From positions 69,191-133,190 of the forward strand of contig ASMP01000001.1 of assembly GCA_000405225.1 (NCBI GenBank): a DNA stretch of 64,000 nt, read 5' to 3'. Under the pieces are notes generated by a model. That model worked only from the letters and a program-made list of their open reading frames with translations, did not search any database and was not told where the DNA came from. The position numbers and the translations under genes are program-made. Of this stretch, positions 10,156 to 19,773 are shown piece after piece. Position 1 is the stretch's first letter. Every line of letters starts with the position of its first letter. The stretch comes from Nanoarchaeota archaeon SCGC AAA011-D5 (GTDB lineage: Archaea; Nanobdellota; Nanobdellia; Pacearchaeales; GW2011-AR1).

Positions 10156-10779
10156 ATGGAAAAAGAACAGCCAATAACAATTGATGCAGAGACCGTAAGA
10201 AGAATGCAATTGAATGCAGGAAGAAGTCCGAGAGTTGCTTTGATGGATATGAATATGATGGTTTCAGTTGTAAATCCTATCAATCCAGTCACTGGAAGAC
10301 CTTACGAAAAAGGATTTATGCTTGAATCTGAAAGAAGAAGAATAAAAAAGGATTATGGCTTAAAAGAATGGAATTCTAATATGTATATAAAATCACTTTT
10401 TTCTTTGCTTTCACAACTAAACCAAGTAATAGAACTCCAAAAAGCTCTAGGAAGAATGGAAGTTAGGGAAGGAAAATTACCTGAATTGTTTTATGAACAA
10501 TTTTTAGACGATATTGATAAATTGGCTGATTTATATGCTCAAAGTCCAGATTTGACTTTGGAATCAATAACTGATGTTAATGGTTTGAATACTGCTCTTA
10601 GAGCAATTAGAAGAGGGAGATTTTTTATAGAAATAGAAAGAAAAGAAATAGAAAGAAACAATTTAAAAGATAATTATTATATGGCGGAACTTCTTAATAC
10701 TATTCCTGTTAAAGAATCTGATATTCCTTGTCTTTTTGATGATTCCTCAAAAAGAAAACCAGAAAACGGACCAAATTAA
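10156..10779 (+). CDS. hypothetical protein driven by the same conserved promoter module as the DGR target genes
   Basis: 207-aa ORF with no recognisable domain. Its upstream 65 nt is a paralog of the DGR-target promoters. Confidence 0.5.
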   Translation: MEKEQPITIDAETVRRMQLNAGRSPRVALMDMNMMVSVVNPINPVTGRPYEKGFMLESERRRIKKDYGLKEWNSNMYIKSLFSLLSQLNQVIELQKALGRMEVREGKLPELFYEQFLDDIDKLADLYAQSPDLTLESITDVNGLNTALRAIRRGRFFIEIERKEIERNNLKDNYYMAELLNTIPVKESDIPCLFDDSSKRKPENGPN

Positions 10780-11333
10780 ACATCCATCTTCTTTGGAGGA
10801 TTCATTCTCGTTTGTCCGTAGGAGTTAAAGTAAAGAATGTTGTTTAAATCAATCTTTGCCTTTCTTGTCTTTTTTTTCTCATATTCATATCCAATTGGAA
10901 AAATAGCTTCTATTTGGGCATTTGCGGGAATTTTTAGTTCTTTTTTTATCTGCTCTTCAACGAAATAACCAACCCAGCATGTTGAAAGACCAGACTCCAC
11001 TATTTTAAGGAGAAAATTTTCCATTGCCGCCCCTGCTTGCTGTCTAGCATAAACTTCTCCTTGCTTTCCATAGGCATTTGTCAGTCTGCCTGGAACAGAA
11101 CAGGTAACAACAACATAATGTGCCCGCGCAACAAAATTCTGCTGGCAACATTCTGCAATTTGTTTTATTTTTTCAGAATCATCCACAAGAATAAATTTCA
11201 ATGTGTAATTACCACCGGCCATGGGAGCATATCGCGCTGCGTCAATACATTCTATAATGTCTCGCCAGTCAGGCTTTTTTGAATTGAATTTCTTTACGCT
11301 GCTCCTTGATTTTATCGCTTTGTCGAGTTCCAT
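10776..11333 (-). CDS. nitroreductase-family protein
   Basis: 185 aa with nitroreductase-like fold motifs (SVKKF, ARYAPMAGG, CWVGYF). Confidence 0.65.
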   Translation of the reverse strand: MELDKAIKSRSSVKKFNSKKPDWRDIIECIDAARYAPMAGGNYTLKFILVDDSEKIKQIAECCQQNFVARAHYVVVTCSVPGRLTNAYGKQGEVYARQQAGAAMENFLLKIVESGLSTCWVGYFVEEQIKKELKIPANAQIEAIFPIGYEYEKKKTRKAKIDLNNILYFNSYGQTRMNPPKKMDV

Positions 11334-11377
11334 TTTAGTAATAAAACAAAGGAGTATAAAAAGATTAGTAGTTTTGG

Positions 11378-12490
11378 TTAACTAAAACTAATAACTCCTC
11401 CTCCTAAAACTTCTTTGCCTCTGTAAAGAACAATCGCCTGTCCTTCTGATACTCCTGTTATTGGTTTGTTGAGAATTACTTTAAATCTACCACCAACCTG
11501 CCTTAAAATAGATGGCAATAACTCTCCAACATGCCTTATTCGAGATAAAACTTTTATTTTATCACCTCTTTTTATCTTAGAAATGTGATTCTTATTTATT
11601 GTATGGAAATTCTTCATAACTATCTCTTTTCTGTAATTCAAAGGATGGCCTTCTGGTGCAGCCACAAGCTCATTCTTTTTCAAATTTTTAGAAGCCACAT
11701 ACCACCTCTCAAGCTTTTGGCCCTTGCCTCTTTCAACTTCAATGCCAAATCTCGGACCGATTCTCTGGCCTATTGTGTAATAGTAGATTCCGTCATGTTT
11801 TCCAATCTGACTGCCTTTCGGTCCAAGAATTTTCCCCTCCTTCGGCGAAATCTTCACCTGCAGAAATTTCTTTAAGTTCACTTTTCCCACAAAACAAATT
11901 CCAACAGTGGATTTCCTGTTAAAGTTTTCAAATCCATTTTTTTCAGCTATCTCTCTTACTTGTTTCTTTGTCAATTCTCCTATTGGAAAAAGACTGTGAG
12001 AAATATCAGCCTTGTTTATTCTATACAAAAAATATGATTGGTCCTTGCCTTGGTCTTTGGCCCTTAATAGTTTTTTTCCGTCTTTGCTTTTTCTGATGTA
12101 GTGGCCTGTTGCTATAAATTCTGCGTCCAGTTTTTTTGCAGCTTCCCAGAGAAGAGGAAATTTCACTTTATTATTGCAATCTATATCTGGATTAGGAGTT
12201 ATGCCTTTTCTGTAAAGGTCAAACATCGGGCTGATTACATCTTTTTTATATTGCCTTTCAAAATCCAATGTTATTAATGGAATGCCAATTTTAGAAGCAA
12301 TACTCATAGCAACCTTCCTGTCATCTTTCCAGGAGCATTCGCCAGTCAGCTCGTTTTTAGTGTCAGACCAGTTTTTCATGAAAGCCCCAATTACTTCATA
12401 GCCCTGCCTTTTCAGAAGAAGCGCAGCCACGCTCGAATCAACTCCTCCGGACATTGCCAAGAGAACCTTTGGTTTTTTGTTTTGTTTCAT
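11378..12490 (-). CDS. mnmA: tRNA-specific 2-thiouridylase MnmA
   Basis: PP-loop SGGVDSS near the N-terminus and conserved MnmA core. Start placed at MKQNKKPK because the longer ORF would overlap tRNA-Asn. Confidence 0.8.
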   Translation of the reverse strand: MKQNKKPKVLLAMSGGVDSSVAALLLKRQGYEVIGAFMKNWSDTKNELTGECSWKDDRKVAMSIASKIGIPLITLDFERQYKKDVISPMFDLYRKGITPNPDIDCNNKVKFPLLWEAAKKLDAEFIATGHYIRKSKDGKKLLRAKDQGKDQSYFLYRINKADISHSLFPIGELTKKQVREIAEKNGFENFNRKSTVGICFVGKVNLKKFLQVKISPKEGKILGPKGSQIGKHDGIYYYTIGQRIGPRFGIEVERGKGQKLERWYVASKNLKKNELVAAPEGHPLNYRKEIVMKNFHTINKNHISKIKRGDKIKVLSRIRHVGELLPSILRQVGGRFKVILNKPITGVSEGQAIVLYRGKEVLGGGVISFS

Positions 12491-12524
12491 GATTTTAATG
12501 GAAAATTGTAGTTTAAAAATAAAA

Positions 12525-12620
12525 CGCCCGAGGCTGGACTCGAACCAGCGACCCCATGGTCTCCGCATTATCTAATTTTATCTAACAGCCATGTGCTCTG
12601 ACCGACTGAGCTACTCGGGC
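12525..12620 (-). tRNA. tRNA-Asn (anticodon GTT) with ~23-nt intron after position 37
   Basis: Acceptor GCCCGAG/CTCGGGC, D arm GCTC/GAGC, anticodon stem CATGG/CCATG, loop CTGTTA, T arm GCTGG-TTCGAGT-CCAGC, discriminator G. Confidence 0.8.
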
Positions 12621-12653
12621 TCAAAAAATTGAAATGAGAATTGTATTTAAAAC

Positions 12654-13184
12654 TTATCTATTTTTTCTCTTTGTCTTCTTTTTAATCGGTTTTAGTCCAA
12701 GGTCAAAAACTGGCTGAACTTGGTGCTTTTCAAGGAAAGCATAAACATTCGCGTGTTTTGAACCCTGTATTAAGAATATCATTGCCTGCATAGCATTTTT
12801 TATGTATTCTGGATCTCCTATTATTCCAACCTGATTGTCTTTTATTTCAAAATGGCACTTCGTGAGTTCGAGAAGAGCCCTCAAAGTCCTGCCCTGTTTT
12901 CCTATTATCCTTGCCCTGACTTTTTCTAGATCTTTTCTTCTTGTATAGTCTTTTATGTTTAAAACCTCGAGCATAAAATCTTCTTCTTTGATCAATAATG
13001 CAACAGAAAAAGGAAAACCAAACTCCAGGGCTTCTATCACCCTTTCTGCAATATATTCATTTTCCGGAGAACCGTGGATTGTAATCTTATTTCCTGTGCC
13101 TGTTATCTTTATTTCAAGCCTTTTCTCAAGATTTTTCCTGTTTTTTATTATTCTCTGTGGTTTTTCGCAGATGATTGTTTCCAT
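12654..13184 (-). CDS. KH-domain RNA-binding protein (Dim2/Pno1-like)
   Basis: Two KH-like segments with IIGKQGRTLRAL (GXXG loop). Confidence 0.6.
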   Translation of the reverse strand: METIICEKPQRIIKNRKNLEKRLEIKITGTGNKITIHGSPENEYIAERVIEALEFGFPFSVALLIKEEDFMLEVLNIKDYTRRKDLEKVRARIIGKQGRTLRALLELTKCHFEIKDNQVGIIGDPEYIKNAMQAMIFLIQGSKHANVYAFLEKHQVQPVFDLGLKPIKKKTKRKNR

Positions 13185-13312
13185 TTCACTTTTATATTAA
13201 CATTGTTTTATTTAAATTTTAATGTAAGAAACCTCTTTAATCTTACCATGTTGGTTTTATATCCATCATAGCCACCATCTGGTCTTTAATCTAATACCCC
13301 CCCATTGATATC

Positions 13313-13636
13313 TTAAAACTCCAAAGTATCTTTTTTTAGATATCCTTTGTTTTTTAGCCATTCTATCTGGTTTGGCTTGTATTTGAAGATTACATCCCCT
13401 TTGTTCTTATCAAGCTCCCATGGTTCTACAATGACTACATCTCCTGGACGAAGCCATAATTTTCTTTTCAGTCTTCCAGGAACTCTGCAGTTTCTCGTTT
13501 TTCCATCAAGGCAATTGACCAGCATCTTGTTCCCCCCAAGTCTCTGCTCTATAATCCCTACCATCTCCTCTCTTCTTGGGAGTGGGACTCTTGTAATTAC
13601 TTCTTCTTCCTGATTTCCTTGATTTCCTTGCCTCAT
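13313..13636 (-). CDS. eif1a: translation initiation factor 1A (aIF-1A)
   Basis: OB-fold S1-like region VGIIEQRLGGNKMLVNCLDGKTRNCRVPGRLKRKLWLRPGDVVIVEPWE is typical of eIF-1A. Confidence 0.85.
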   Translation of the reverse strand: MRQGNQGNQEEEVITRVPLPRREEMVGIIEQRLGGNKMLVNCLDGKTRNCRVPGRLKRKLWLRPGDVVIVEPWELDKNKGDVIFKYKPNQIEWLKNKGYLKKDTLEF

Positions 13637-13693
13637 GTTTATTTTAAAAAGAGTTTGTTTATAAGTTTAATGTGGTAGAATAAAGATTACAAA

Positions 13694-13990
13694 TCACAAT
13701 AGAACCAAAGCAAAAGGAATTCCCTGGATTTTTCCAACACTTTCCTTAGATATTATTCCTGCTTTAAGGGCTGCTTTTACAGATTCTTTACCAGCTATAT
13801 TGAAAGTAGCATCTTCTGAAGCCATTGATTTCATTATTTCCATTGCTTTCTCTTCAGAAACCTCTTCACCCTTATAGAAGGATTCTTTTATATCAAGCTG
13901 AAAATTTCCCCGCTCAAACCTTTTTCCAAGGATAGAAGAATCGCAAGCAGCAACAACATCCCTGTAAGACTTTATTATGTTTATGAACAT
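13694..13990 (-). CDS. hypothetical protein
   Basis: 98-aa ORF in the translation-factor neighbourhood. No motif recognised. Confidence 0.4.
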   Translation of the reverse strand: MFINIIKSYRDVVAACDSSILGKRFERGNFQLDIKESFYKGEEVSEEKAMEIMKSMASEDATFNIAGKESVKAALKAGIISKESVGKIQGIPFALVLL

Positions 13991-14110
13991 TTTAATCTTT
14001 TAAGAGACTAAATCCTTCTTTTTAAATATTGATATACCTAATACAAATTATAGAATAAATTCGCTTAAAAATATAATTATCTCTAATACTTATTTTAAAT
14101 TAAAAACAAA

Positions 14111-14302
14111 TCAAAAAGCTTTTTTAGCCCCTTGCTTTATTGCTTTTTCTGCATTGTCTTTGGACAGCATGGCGCTCATTTTTGTTCCGCATACAGAACA
14201 ATTTCCCTGAGCCATGTAGCCGCCCCGGGCAGTTTGCTTTATCTGTGGATTTTTCATCTCCCTGCCTTTTACTTTGCATTTAACACAATATCCCTGTACC
14301 AT
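14111..14302 (-). CDS. small zinc-ribbon protein (DUF5679-like)
   Basis: 63 aa with CVKCK...CSVCGTKM four-cysteine ribbon. Confidence 0.45.
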   Translation of the reverse strand: MVQGYCVKCKVKGREMKNPQIKQTARGGYMAQGNCSVCGTKMSAMLSKDNAEKAIKQGAKKAF

Positions 14303-14370
14303 TATGACATTACCTCCGTAGAACTCTTAGGAAAAATTGATTTTTAAAGGTTTATATTTTTTATTTCTAA

Positions 14371-14787
14371 TTAAATCTTACTTCTTACGCTGTGCTTGGC
14401 TCCACAGGCAAGGCAGTGAATGAACGTGACTCTGTTATGTGGTTCCCTTATGAGTTCTGTATCTGGCTTTTTGCATTCCTTGCATATAACAAACTCTTGC
14501 GCATATTCCTCTATTTTCTGGTTTATTTTTGCGCTTGAGACTTTTATATTGAGGACAAGCCTGTCCCCCTCTCTTTGGCCAGAAGCTGCAATCTCTTTCA
14601 GCAGGAATTTTTGCAAATGCTCGGGATTTCTTCTGAAAATTGATGCTATCTGGGAAAAGTTTGTGATTATAGTTTTTTTTCCCTCAAAATGCCCCTCAAC
14701 TTTCGGAATTTCAAATCTCTTTAAGTTGCCTCCCACTTTTTTTATCCTTCCATAAGCTTCTTCTAGTAATTTTTCGTAAGTTTCCAT
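14371..14787 (-). CDS. eif2b: translation initiation factor 2 beta subunit (aIF-2beta)
   Basis: C-terminal zinc ribbon CKECKKPDTELIREPHNRVTFIHCLACGAKHSV is typical of eIF2beta. Confidence 0.85.
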   Translation of the reverse strand: METYEKLLEEAYGRIKKVGGNLKRFEIPKVEGHFEGKKTIITNFSQIASIFRRNPEHLQKFLLKEIAASGQREGDRLVLNIKVSSAKINQKIEEYAQEFVICKECKKPDTELIREPHNRVTFIHCLACGAKHSVRSKI

Positions 14788-14831
14788 TATATATCCTTAA
14801 GGAAAGAGTTTATAAATCTTTTAAGTTTTAT

Positions 14832-15368
14832 ATGACTATGAGGATAAAAGAGATTGTTTTGGGAATTGCAATAATTGTTCTGACTATCTTTGTGACTTTT
14901 TACGGAATTAATACCATATTTCCAAAACCAAATTATGATGATTTTTGTGGAAAAATTAGTTATGACAGGCCAGTAGAAAATAATGCAACTTGCGTTGCTG
15001 AAGGAGGGAAATGGTCCTATAATATTGGTCCAAAAGTAGCAGACCAGGCAGACGGTTATTGTGATTTATATTATTATTGTAACCAAGAATACAACGATTT
15101 AAGTGAAGGGAGATCAAAAAAAGTTTTCTTCCTTGCTCTCCCTATAGGAATCTTAATAATTGCAGCAGGAGCTTTTTTCTTTGGTCTTGAAGCTGTCGGT
15201 GCAGGACTCATGGGCGGAGGAATTGGAACTTTAATTTACGGAAGCGGCGCCTACTGGCCCTATACTGAAAACTGGATAAGATTCCTTATATCATTAGCAG
15301 GTTTGGTTTTGATAATATGGCTCGCCTATTATTTCAGCAAGAAGTTTAGGGAGAAAAAGAAGAAGTGA
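14832..15368 (+). CDS. membrane protein, hypothetical
   Basis: N-terminal TM, Cys-rich middle, C-terminal TM helices. Confidence 0.45.
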   Translation: MTMRIKEIVLGIAIIVLTIFVTFYGINTIFPKPNYDDFCGKISYDRPVENNATCVAEGGKWSYNIGPKVADQADGYCDLYYYCNQEYNDLSEGRSKKVFFLALPIGILIIAAGAFFFGLEAVGAGLMGGGIGTLIYGSGAYWPYTENWIRFLISLAGLVLIIWLAYYFSKKFREKKKK

Positions 15369-15451
15369 TTAGCCTAACTTTGGAAAATATTCAGGATTTA
15401 TGCCTTCTGTTAAATGAACCCTTCTCGCTTTCATTTTAATTTAAATTTCAA

Positions 15452-15955
15452 TCATCCTAAATATCTTAATTTTCCAGGCCGAGGCTCGAAGACAATGCCA
15501 TCTTCTAAGAGTTTCTGAATCTCCTTGGTGATAATTGCAGGAGAGAATTCCTGCAATCTAAGAATTAATTTTTCAGTTTCTATCCCACCTTCCGGATCAG
15601 AGTTTTTTATCATATCAAAAATCCTGTCCTTTATAGCGATTATCTGTTCCTTCCCCAAGGAAGACGGGTTGTGCGAGGTTGCTTTTTCCTTTTCTGTTTC
15701 TAGTTTTCTTATCAGAAGATATTTTGGATTCATTTCTCTCATGACATCTGGAGAAATATATAATTCCTGATTCCAGTGCCTTATGACGCCTATCGCAACA
15801 ATCGTCTGCCCCTGATAAAAATTTTTGAATCTTTCAGTGTTGTCCCCAAAAACTTTCAATCTTATCTGGCCAGAGCCATCATCAACCGTAAATGAAAGAT
15901 ATTTTGTCTCTCCGAGACTCTCGTATTTTTCTACTATATTTCCTATGACATTCAC
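15452..15955 (-). CDS. RPA-like ssDNA-binding protein (OB fold + C-terminal winged helix). Possible N-terminal extension into ORF 15882-16097 across an A8 run
   Basis: OB-fold pattern NVIGNIVE...FTVDDGSGQIRLKVFGDN...GVIR and C-terminal wH similar to RPA32. Upstream ORF joins in frame if one A is removed from the A8 run at 15964-15971. Confidence 0.5.
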   Translation of the reverse strand: MNVIGNIVEKYESLGETKYLSFTVDDGSGQIRLKVFGDNTERFKNFYQGQTIVAIGVIRHWNQELYISPDVMREMNPKYLLIRKLETEKEKATSHNPSSLGKEQIIAIKDRIFDMIKNSDPEGGIETEKLILRLQEFSPAIITKEIQKLLEDGIVFEPRPGKLRYLG

Positions 15956-16098
15956 TCTTACTATTTTTTTTGTCTCCTAGTTCAAGAAAAGCGAATCTCT
16001 CTCCTTCAGCCTCGGAGTTTGTCACAGGTTTTCCTATGAGAATGTCCCCGATTCTGAACTTATATGCAGTATTTCTTTTAAATTTCTGTTCTGCCATT

Positions 16099-16320
16099 TT
16101 AATTGAAAGAATATCCGCAGCCGCCTTCTGAAAAGATACATGCTGGTCCGCTCGCCCGTGTATAAACTAAGGGCTTTTTGCATTGAGGACACCTATATTC
16201 AGACATTTTATCCCCAAAAGAATATTTTTCTTTCAGGAGATTATGCAATCTCACTCTTTCGTCTCCAGTTATTTTTCCTTCTTCATGTTTTTCCAATAAT
16301 TTTTGTAGGTCTTCTGACAT
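16099..16320 (-). CDS. small zinc-ribbon protein
   Basis: CPQCKKP...ACIFSEGGCGY. Located between RPA-like and mcm. Confidence 0.4.
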   Translation of the reverse strand: MSEDLQKLLEKHEEGKITGDERVRLHNLLKEKYSFGDKMSEYRCPQCKKPLVYTRASGPACIFSEGGCGYSFN

Positions 16321-16326
16321 TTTATC

Positions 16327-18354
16327 TTAAGTTCTTCCGATATAACCTCTTCTTGGCCGGAAAACAACGCCGCTCATATCTAATTTAGTTATCGCTTCTT
16401 CTATTTCATCTTTTGTTAGTTTCCCATCGAGTTCTTTTTCAATCTCTTCTATTGGAATCATTTTTCCGAGTCTGTTTTCCAGCTGCGCTATCAAATCCCT
16501 TACTATGAAAACCTTGTTCCTCTGTGAGGCAGGCATTCCTCCTGTTCCCCTGTCTATATCGAAGGTTTTTGATTCGTAGTCATAACCAACCTGCATCAGG
16601 TAATATTTTATTATTTCTATTGCTCTTTTTGCATCCTCTATATCCACGGTTTCGCTGAGCCGCATTTTTGCAGAAGCCTCGGCCATTCTTATTAATGCCT
16701 GGAGTTGCCTCGCTGAAATTGGAATCGAGGGGATAGCCCCTTCCCCAGAGACAGGGGTGTTTCTAAGCTCGACATAAAACTTTTTTATTTCTTTTACTGC
16801 TTCGTCACTCAGTACCGGAATTATTCTCTGTTTTGCATAGGCCACATATTTTCTCAAGAGGTCTCTTGAAATCAGCATTTCTTCTCCCATTTTCTGATGC
16901 TCGTGAAGAACATGGGTTGCAATAAGCTCATCTTTTTCTTTATTGGGCAAATCTCTCAGAGGAAAGATGACGTCAAATCTGTTTATCAAAGTTGGAGGAA
17001 GATCTATCTGCTCTGCTATTGACTGGAACGGGTTAAAACGTCCGAATTTTGGATTTGCCGCAGCCAGGACAGATGTCTCTGCCCTCAGAGTTGCATGCAC
17101 ATTTGCTTTCGAGATTGTTACTGTCTGCTGCTCCATCGCTTCATGCATTGAGCTCCTGTCTCCAGGATCCATTTTCTCAAGCTCGTCTATACAGACGAGC
17201 CCTTTGTTGGCAAGAACCATCGAGCCTGCTTCCAAAGACCAACCGCGGAGATATTCATCCCGGACAACTGTGGCTGTTAAACCAGCTCCGGTAGTGCTTT
17301 TTCCAACAACATATCTTCCTTTTGGCGAAATCCCTGCCATAAATACAAGAGTCGCGGATTTTGCAACTCCCGGATCTCCAATCAAAAGGATATGAAAATC
17401 TCCTCTGCTTTTCTGCCCGTCTGTATGGATTTTTTTAACTCCTCCGAAAAGCTGCAAAATCAGGCACCTTTTTATCTCGTCATAACCCCAGACACTTGGA
17501 ATAATGCTTTTTGTAAGTTTTTCAAATACTTTGGGATCCTGGGAAAGCTCGAGAATCTGTCTCTCGTCCTCATCGTTAATATCAAGTTGTTCAAAAGTCT
17601 CCTCCAAAGGGATGATGTTGTTTGCCTCTACTGCAAGTTCAAACCTCGTTGAAAGCCCCCCTGATTGCAATGGAACAGGAACTTCTTTGAGGATCCCCAT
17701 CACCTTTACCCTACTTCCAGGAGTTGTTTTTTCCTCCATGTTTGGTTCTACCAAATCTTCTTTAAGAAAAACATTTATCCTTTTTGGCTGTTCCCCTCCT
17801 GTGAGGGATTCTGGAGACTCTTCTATGACTAGTCTCTGTGTATCTACCATTTCTTTGCTTATCAGTTTGAATCCTCCCCTGCGACCGCAAGAGCATCTCG
17901 TTGGTTCTCTGAATTTTTTTTCTATCTGAAGAAAAGAGAGAACTGTTCCGCAGCTGGGACATTCGAACTTTGCATTCACTATCTGCGGTCTTACGTCGCT
18001 TGCCTGCCGCACAATCCCCTCAACAACCACCATTTCATTAAGGTTCCTGGAACGTAAATTTCTTACCTTTATATCCTGGCTTTTAGGGAGATTCAAAAGC
18101 CTGGCCCGAACGTTTTCCGCGAGTCCTTTCTCCTCAATAGCAAGCTCCAAAACTCTGATATTCTCTTCTGGATTTGTGAGAATTCCTTCTGCCAGTTTGT
18201 TTGAATATTCGAGAAGCTTCATAAAATCCAGAAAAATAATATTTTTACCTTTTCGCAGAGATTCTCCAAGCTCTCTTTTATAGAAATCAAAGAATCCTTT
18301 GGCCTCAATGATCAGTTCCTCCTCTTTAGATTTTGAAAGCTGAGTTTCTTCCAT
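16327..18354 (-). CDS. mcm: MCM replicative helicase
   Basis: Walker A ILLIGDPGVAKS, Walker B and arginine finger region, zinc motif CPSCG...CSCG. 675 aa with no intein. Confidence 0.9.
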   Translation of the reverse strand: MEETQLSKSKEEELIIEAKGFFDFYKRELGESLRKGKNIIFLDFMKLLEYSNKLAEGILTNPEENIRVLELAIEEKGLAENVRARLLNLPKSQDIKVRNLRSRNLNEMVVVEGIVRQASDVRPQIVNAKFECPSCGTVLSFLQIEKKFREPTRCSCGRRGGFKLISKEMVDTQRLVIEESPESLTGGEQPKRINVFLKEDLVEPNMEEKTTPGSRVKVMGILKEVPVPLQSGGLSTRFELAVEANNIIPLEETFEQLDINDEDERQILELSQDPKVFEKLTKSIIPSVWGYDEIKRCLILQLFGGVKKIHTDGQKSRGDFHILLIGDPGVAKSATLVFMAGISPKGRYVVGKSTTGAGLTATVVRDEYLRGWSLEAGSMVLANKGLVCIDELEKMDPGDRSSMHEAMEQQTVTISKANVHATLRAETSVLAAANPKFGRFNPFQSIAEQIDLPPTLINRFDVIFPLRDLPNKEKDELIATHVLHEHQKMGEEMLISRDLLRKYVAYAKQRIIPVLSDEAVKEIKKFYVELRNTPVSGEGAIPSIPISARQLQALIRMAEASAKMRLSETVDIEDAKRAIEIIKYYLMQVGYDYESKTFDIDRGTGGMPASQRNKVFIVRDLIAQLENRLGKMIPIEEIEKELDGKLTKDEIEEAITKLDMSGVVFRPRRGYIGRT

Positions 18355-18406
18355 CTTAAATATTAAAATTGATACAGAAGTTATTTTTATACTTTGTTGT
18401 AAACTA

Positions 18407-18751
18407 TTGAATAGTTTGCAGATGTTTCTGGACTGCGGTTTTTCTTTAGAGAGTGGAAACCCTTTTCAGAATCGTGCAAAGATTAATAAATGGCCTCTTT
18501 TTACGACAACGATGCCTCTGGAAAAAACAACACAAACAACACAAAAGTCCAGACTCCAGCATATCTTAGAAAAAAATAGTTCAGGAAAAGGAGTGACTTC
18601 GGAAGAATACAAAGAAGCCAGAAAATTAATCTTGAATCCAAAATACTCAGACAAAAAGTGTTGTCTTTGCTTTAATCCAATGAATAAATCGATTTACGAT
18701 ACAGAATTATGTCCACCTCATGCGTTCTATGAATTAATCAGAACAAAATAA
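18407..18751 (+). CDS. hypothetical protein
   Basis: ORF only, Cys-rich C-terminus. Confidence 0.3.
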   Translation: MNSLQMFLDCGFSLESGNPFQNRAKINKWPLFTTTMPLEKTTQTTQKSRLQHILEKNSSGKGVTSEEYKEARKLILNPKYSDKKCCLCFNPMNKSIYDTELCPPHAFYELIRTK

Positions 18752-19303
18752 TCACTTCTTATAATTTTTTAAGACAGCCTTGACATTTTTCAGGAGCTGG
18801 ACCATTGAAAATTTAAGTTGCTCATTGTTTTTTGTTCCTGTGCAGACGAGTTTTCCATTGCTGAAAAGAAGAAAAGTAGCATTTGGTTCTATCAGTTTGT
18901 ATACTAATCCGGGAAACTGCTCAGGCTCATATTCTGTATTCTCCATCTCTATAGCCAGGAAGTTGAGATTAAGTTTCAGGTTTATTGTTCCTGAAGCCAC
19001 GATGTTCTGGACAGTTATTTTTGGCTTCGTAGTTATCTTGACGTTTATTTTTCTGAGCTGTTTTATCACTGCCTGAATTACCTTCTTGACCTGTGCAATT
19101 GATTTTGTCCCTGTGCAAACGAGATTTCCCGAGGAAAAGACAAGAACAGCTGATTTTGGTTCTTTCACACGAAGGACAAGGCCGGGAAAAGTCTCTGGGT
19201 TGTATTCTGTGTTTGGCTGGGTTCTTGCCAGTTTTGTCAATGGAATAGGTTTTTCAAGGGAAGTCGTTGCAACGATATTTTGTATCTTGTAGGTGCTTGG
19301 CAT
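18752..19303 (-). CDS. tbp: TATA-box binding protein
   Basis: Two direct TBP repeats (IQNIVATTSL..., ...VQNIVASGTI...) with FPGLV motifs. Confidence 0.9.
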   Translation of the reverse strand: MPSTYKIQNIVATTSLEKPIPLTKLARTQPNTEYNPETFPGLVLRVKEPKSAVLVFSSGNLVCTGTKSIAQVKKVIQAVIKQLRKINVKITTKPKITVQNIVASGTINLKLNLNFLAIEMENTEYEPEQFPGLVYKLIEPNATFLLFSNGKLVCTGTKNNEQLKFSMVQLLKNVKAVLKNYKK

Positions 19304-19371
19304 TTTATTTTGACTTTATAAATAACAGAAGATTGGCTTTATAAAGGTTTATAAATGATTTTTGAGAAAAA

Positions 19372-19713
19372 TTAGTGGCTTATTTCCTTTGGTTCTATCT
19401 GCAAAACAGCTTTTGCTGGAAAATCTATTGGAAAGGCAATTACATCTCCATATCTTTTAAGAGGGGTGGACACTATTGGTTTTTTTCCTTCAGGTTTAAA
19501 ATAAAACCTGCTTTCTGCATTTTTCAGTAAATAAGAACCCTCTCTTGCTCCTTCATCTCTCCCTACTGGAGCCAGTACAAATTTTCCTGAACTTTCATAA
19601 AAAGAAGATGATCTATCCTCAAGACTACAAAAAATACATCCTGAAAATTGGATTTCGCCTTCAAAACCCCGTTGTAATAATTCAGCTAATTGTGATGAAG
19701 TAATCTTCCGCAT
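19372..19713 (-). CDS. hypothetical protein
   Basis: 113-aa ORF, no motif recognised. Confidence 0.4.
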   Translation of the reverse strand: MRKITSSQLAELLQRGFEGEIQFSGCIFCSLEDRSSSFYESSGKFVLAPVGRDEGAREGSYLLKNAESRFYFKPEGKKPIVSTPLKRYGDVIAFPIDFPAKAVLQIEPKEISH

Positions 19714-19773
19714 TGTTTTTTAGGGAGTTAATAGTTTAAAAGAATTTATATATCAAATTAATAATAAAATTAT

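Noticed and set aside
12491-12568. Longer N-terminal extension of the mnmA ORF (MRRPWGRWFESSLGRF...)
   Set aside because: The extension would overlap tRNA-Asn (12525-12620) and has no MnmA homology. The PP-loop protein begins at MKQNKKPK, so the start was moved to 12490.
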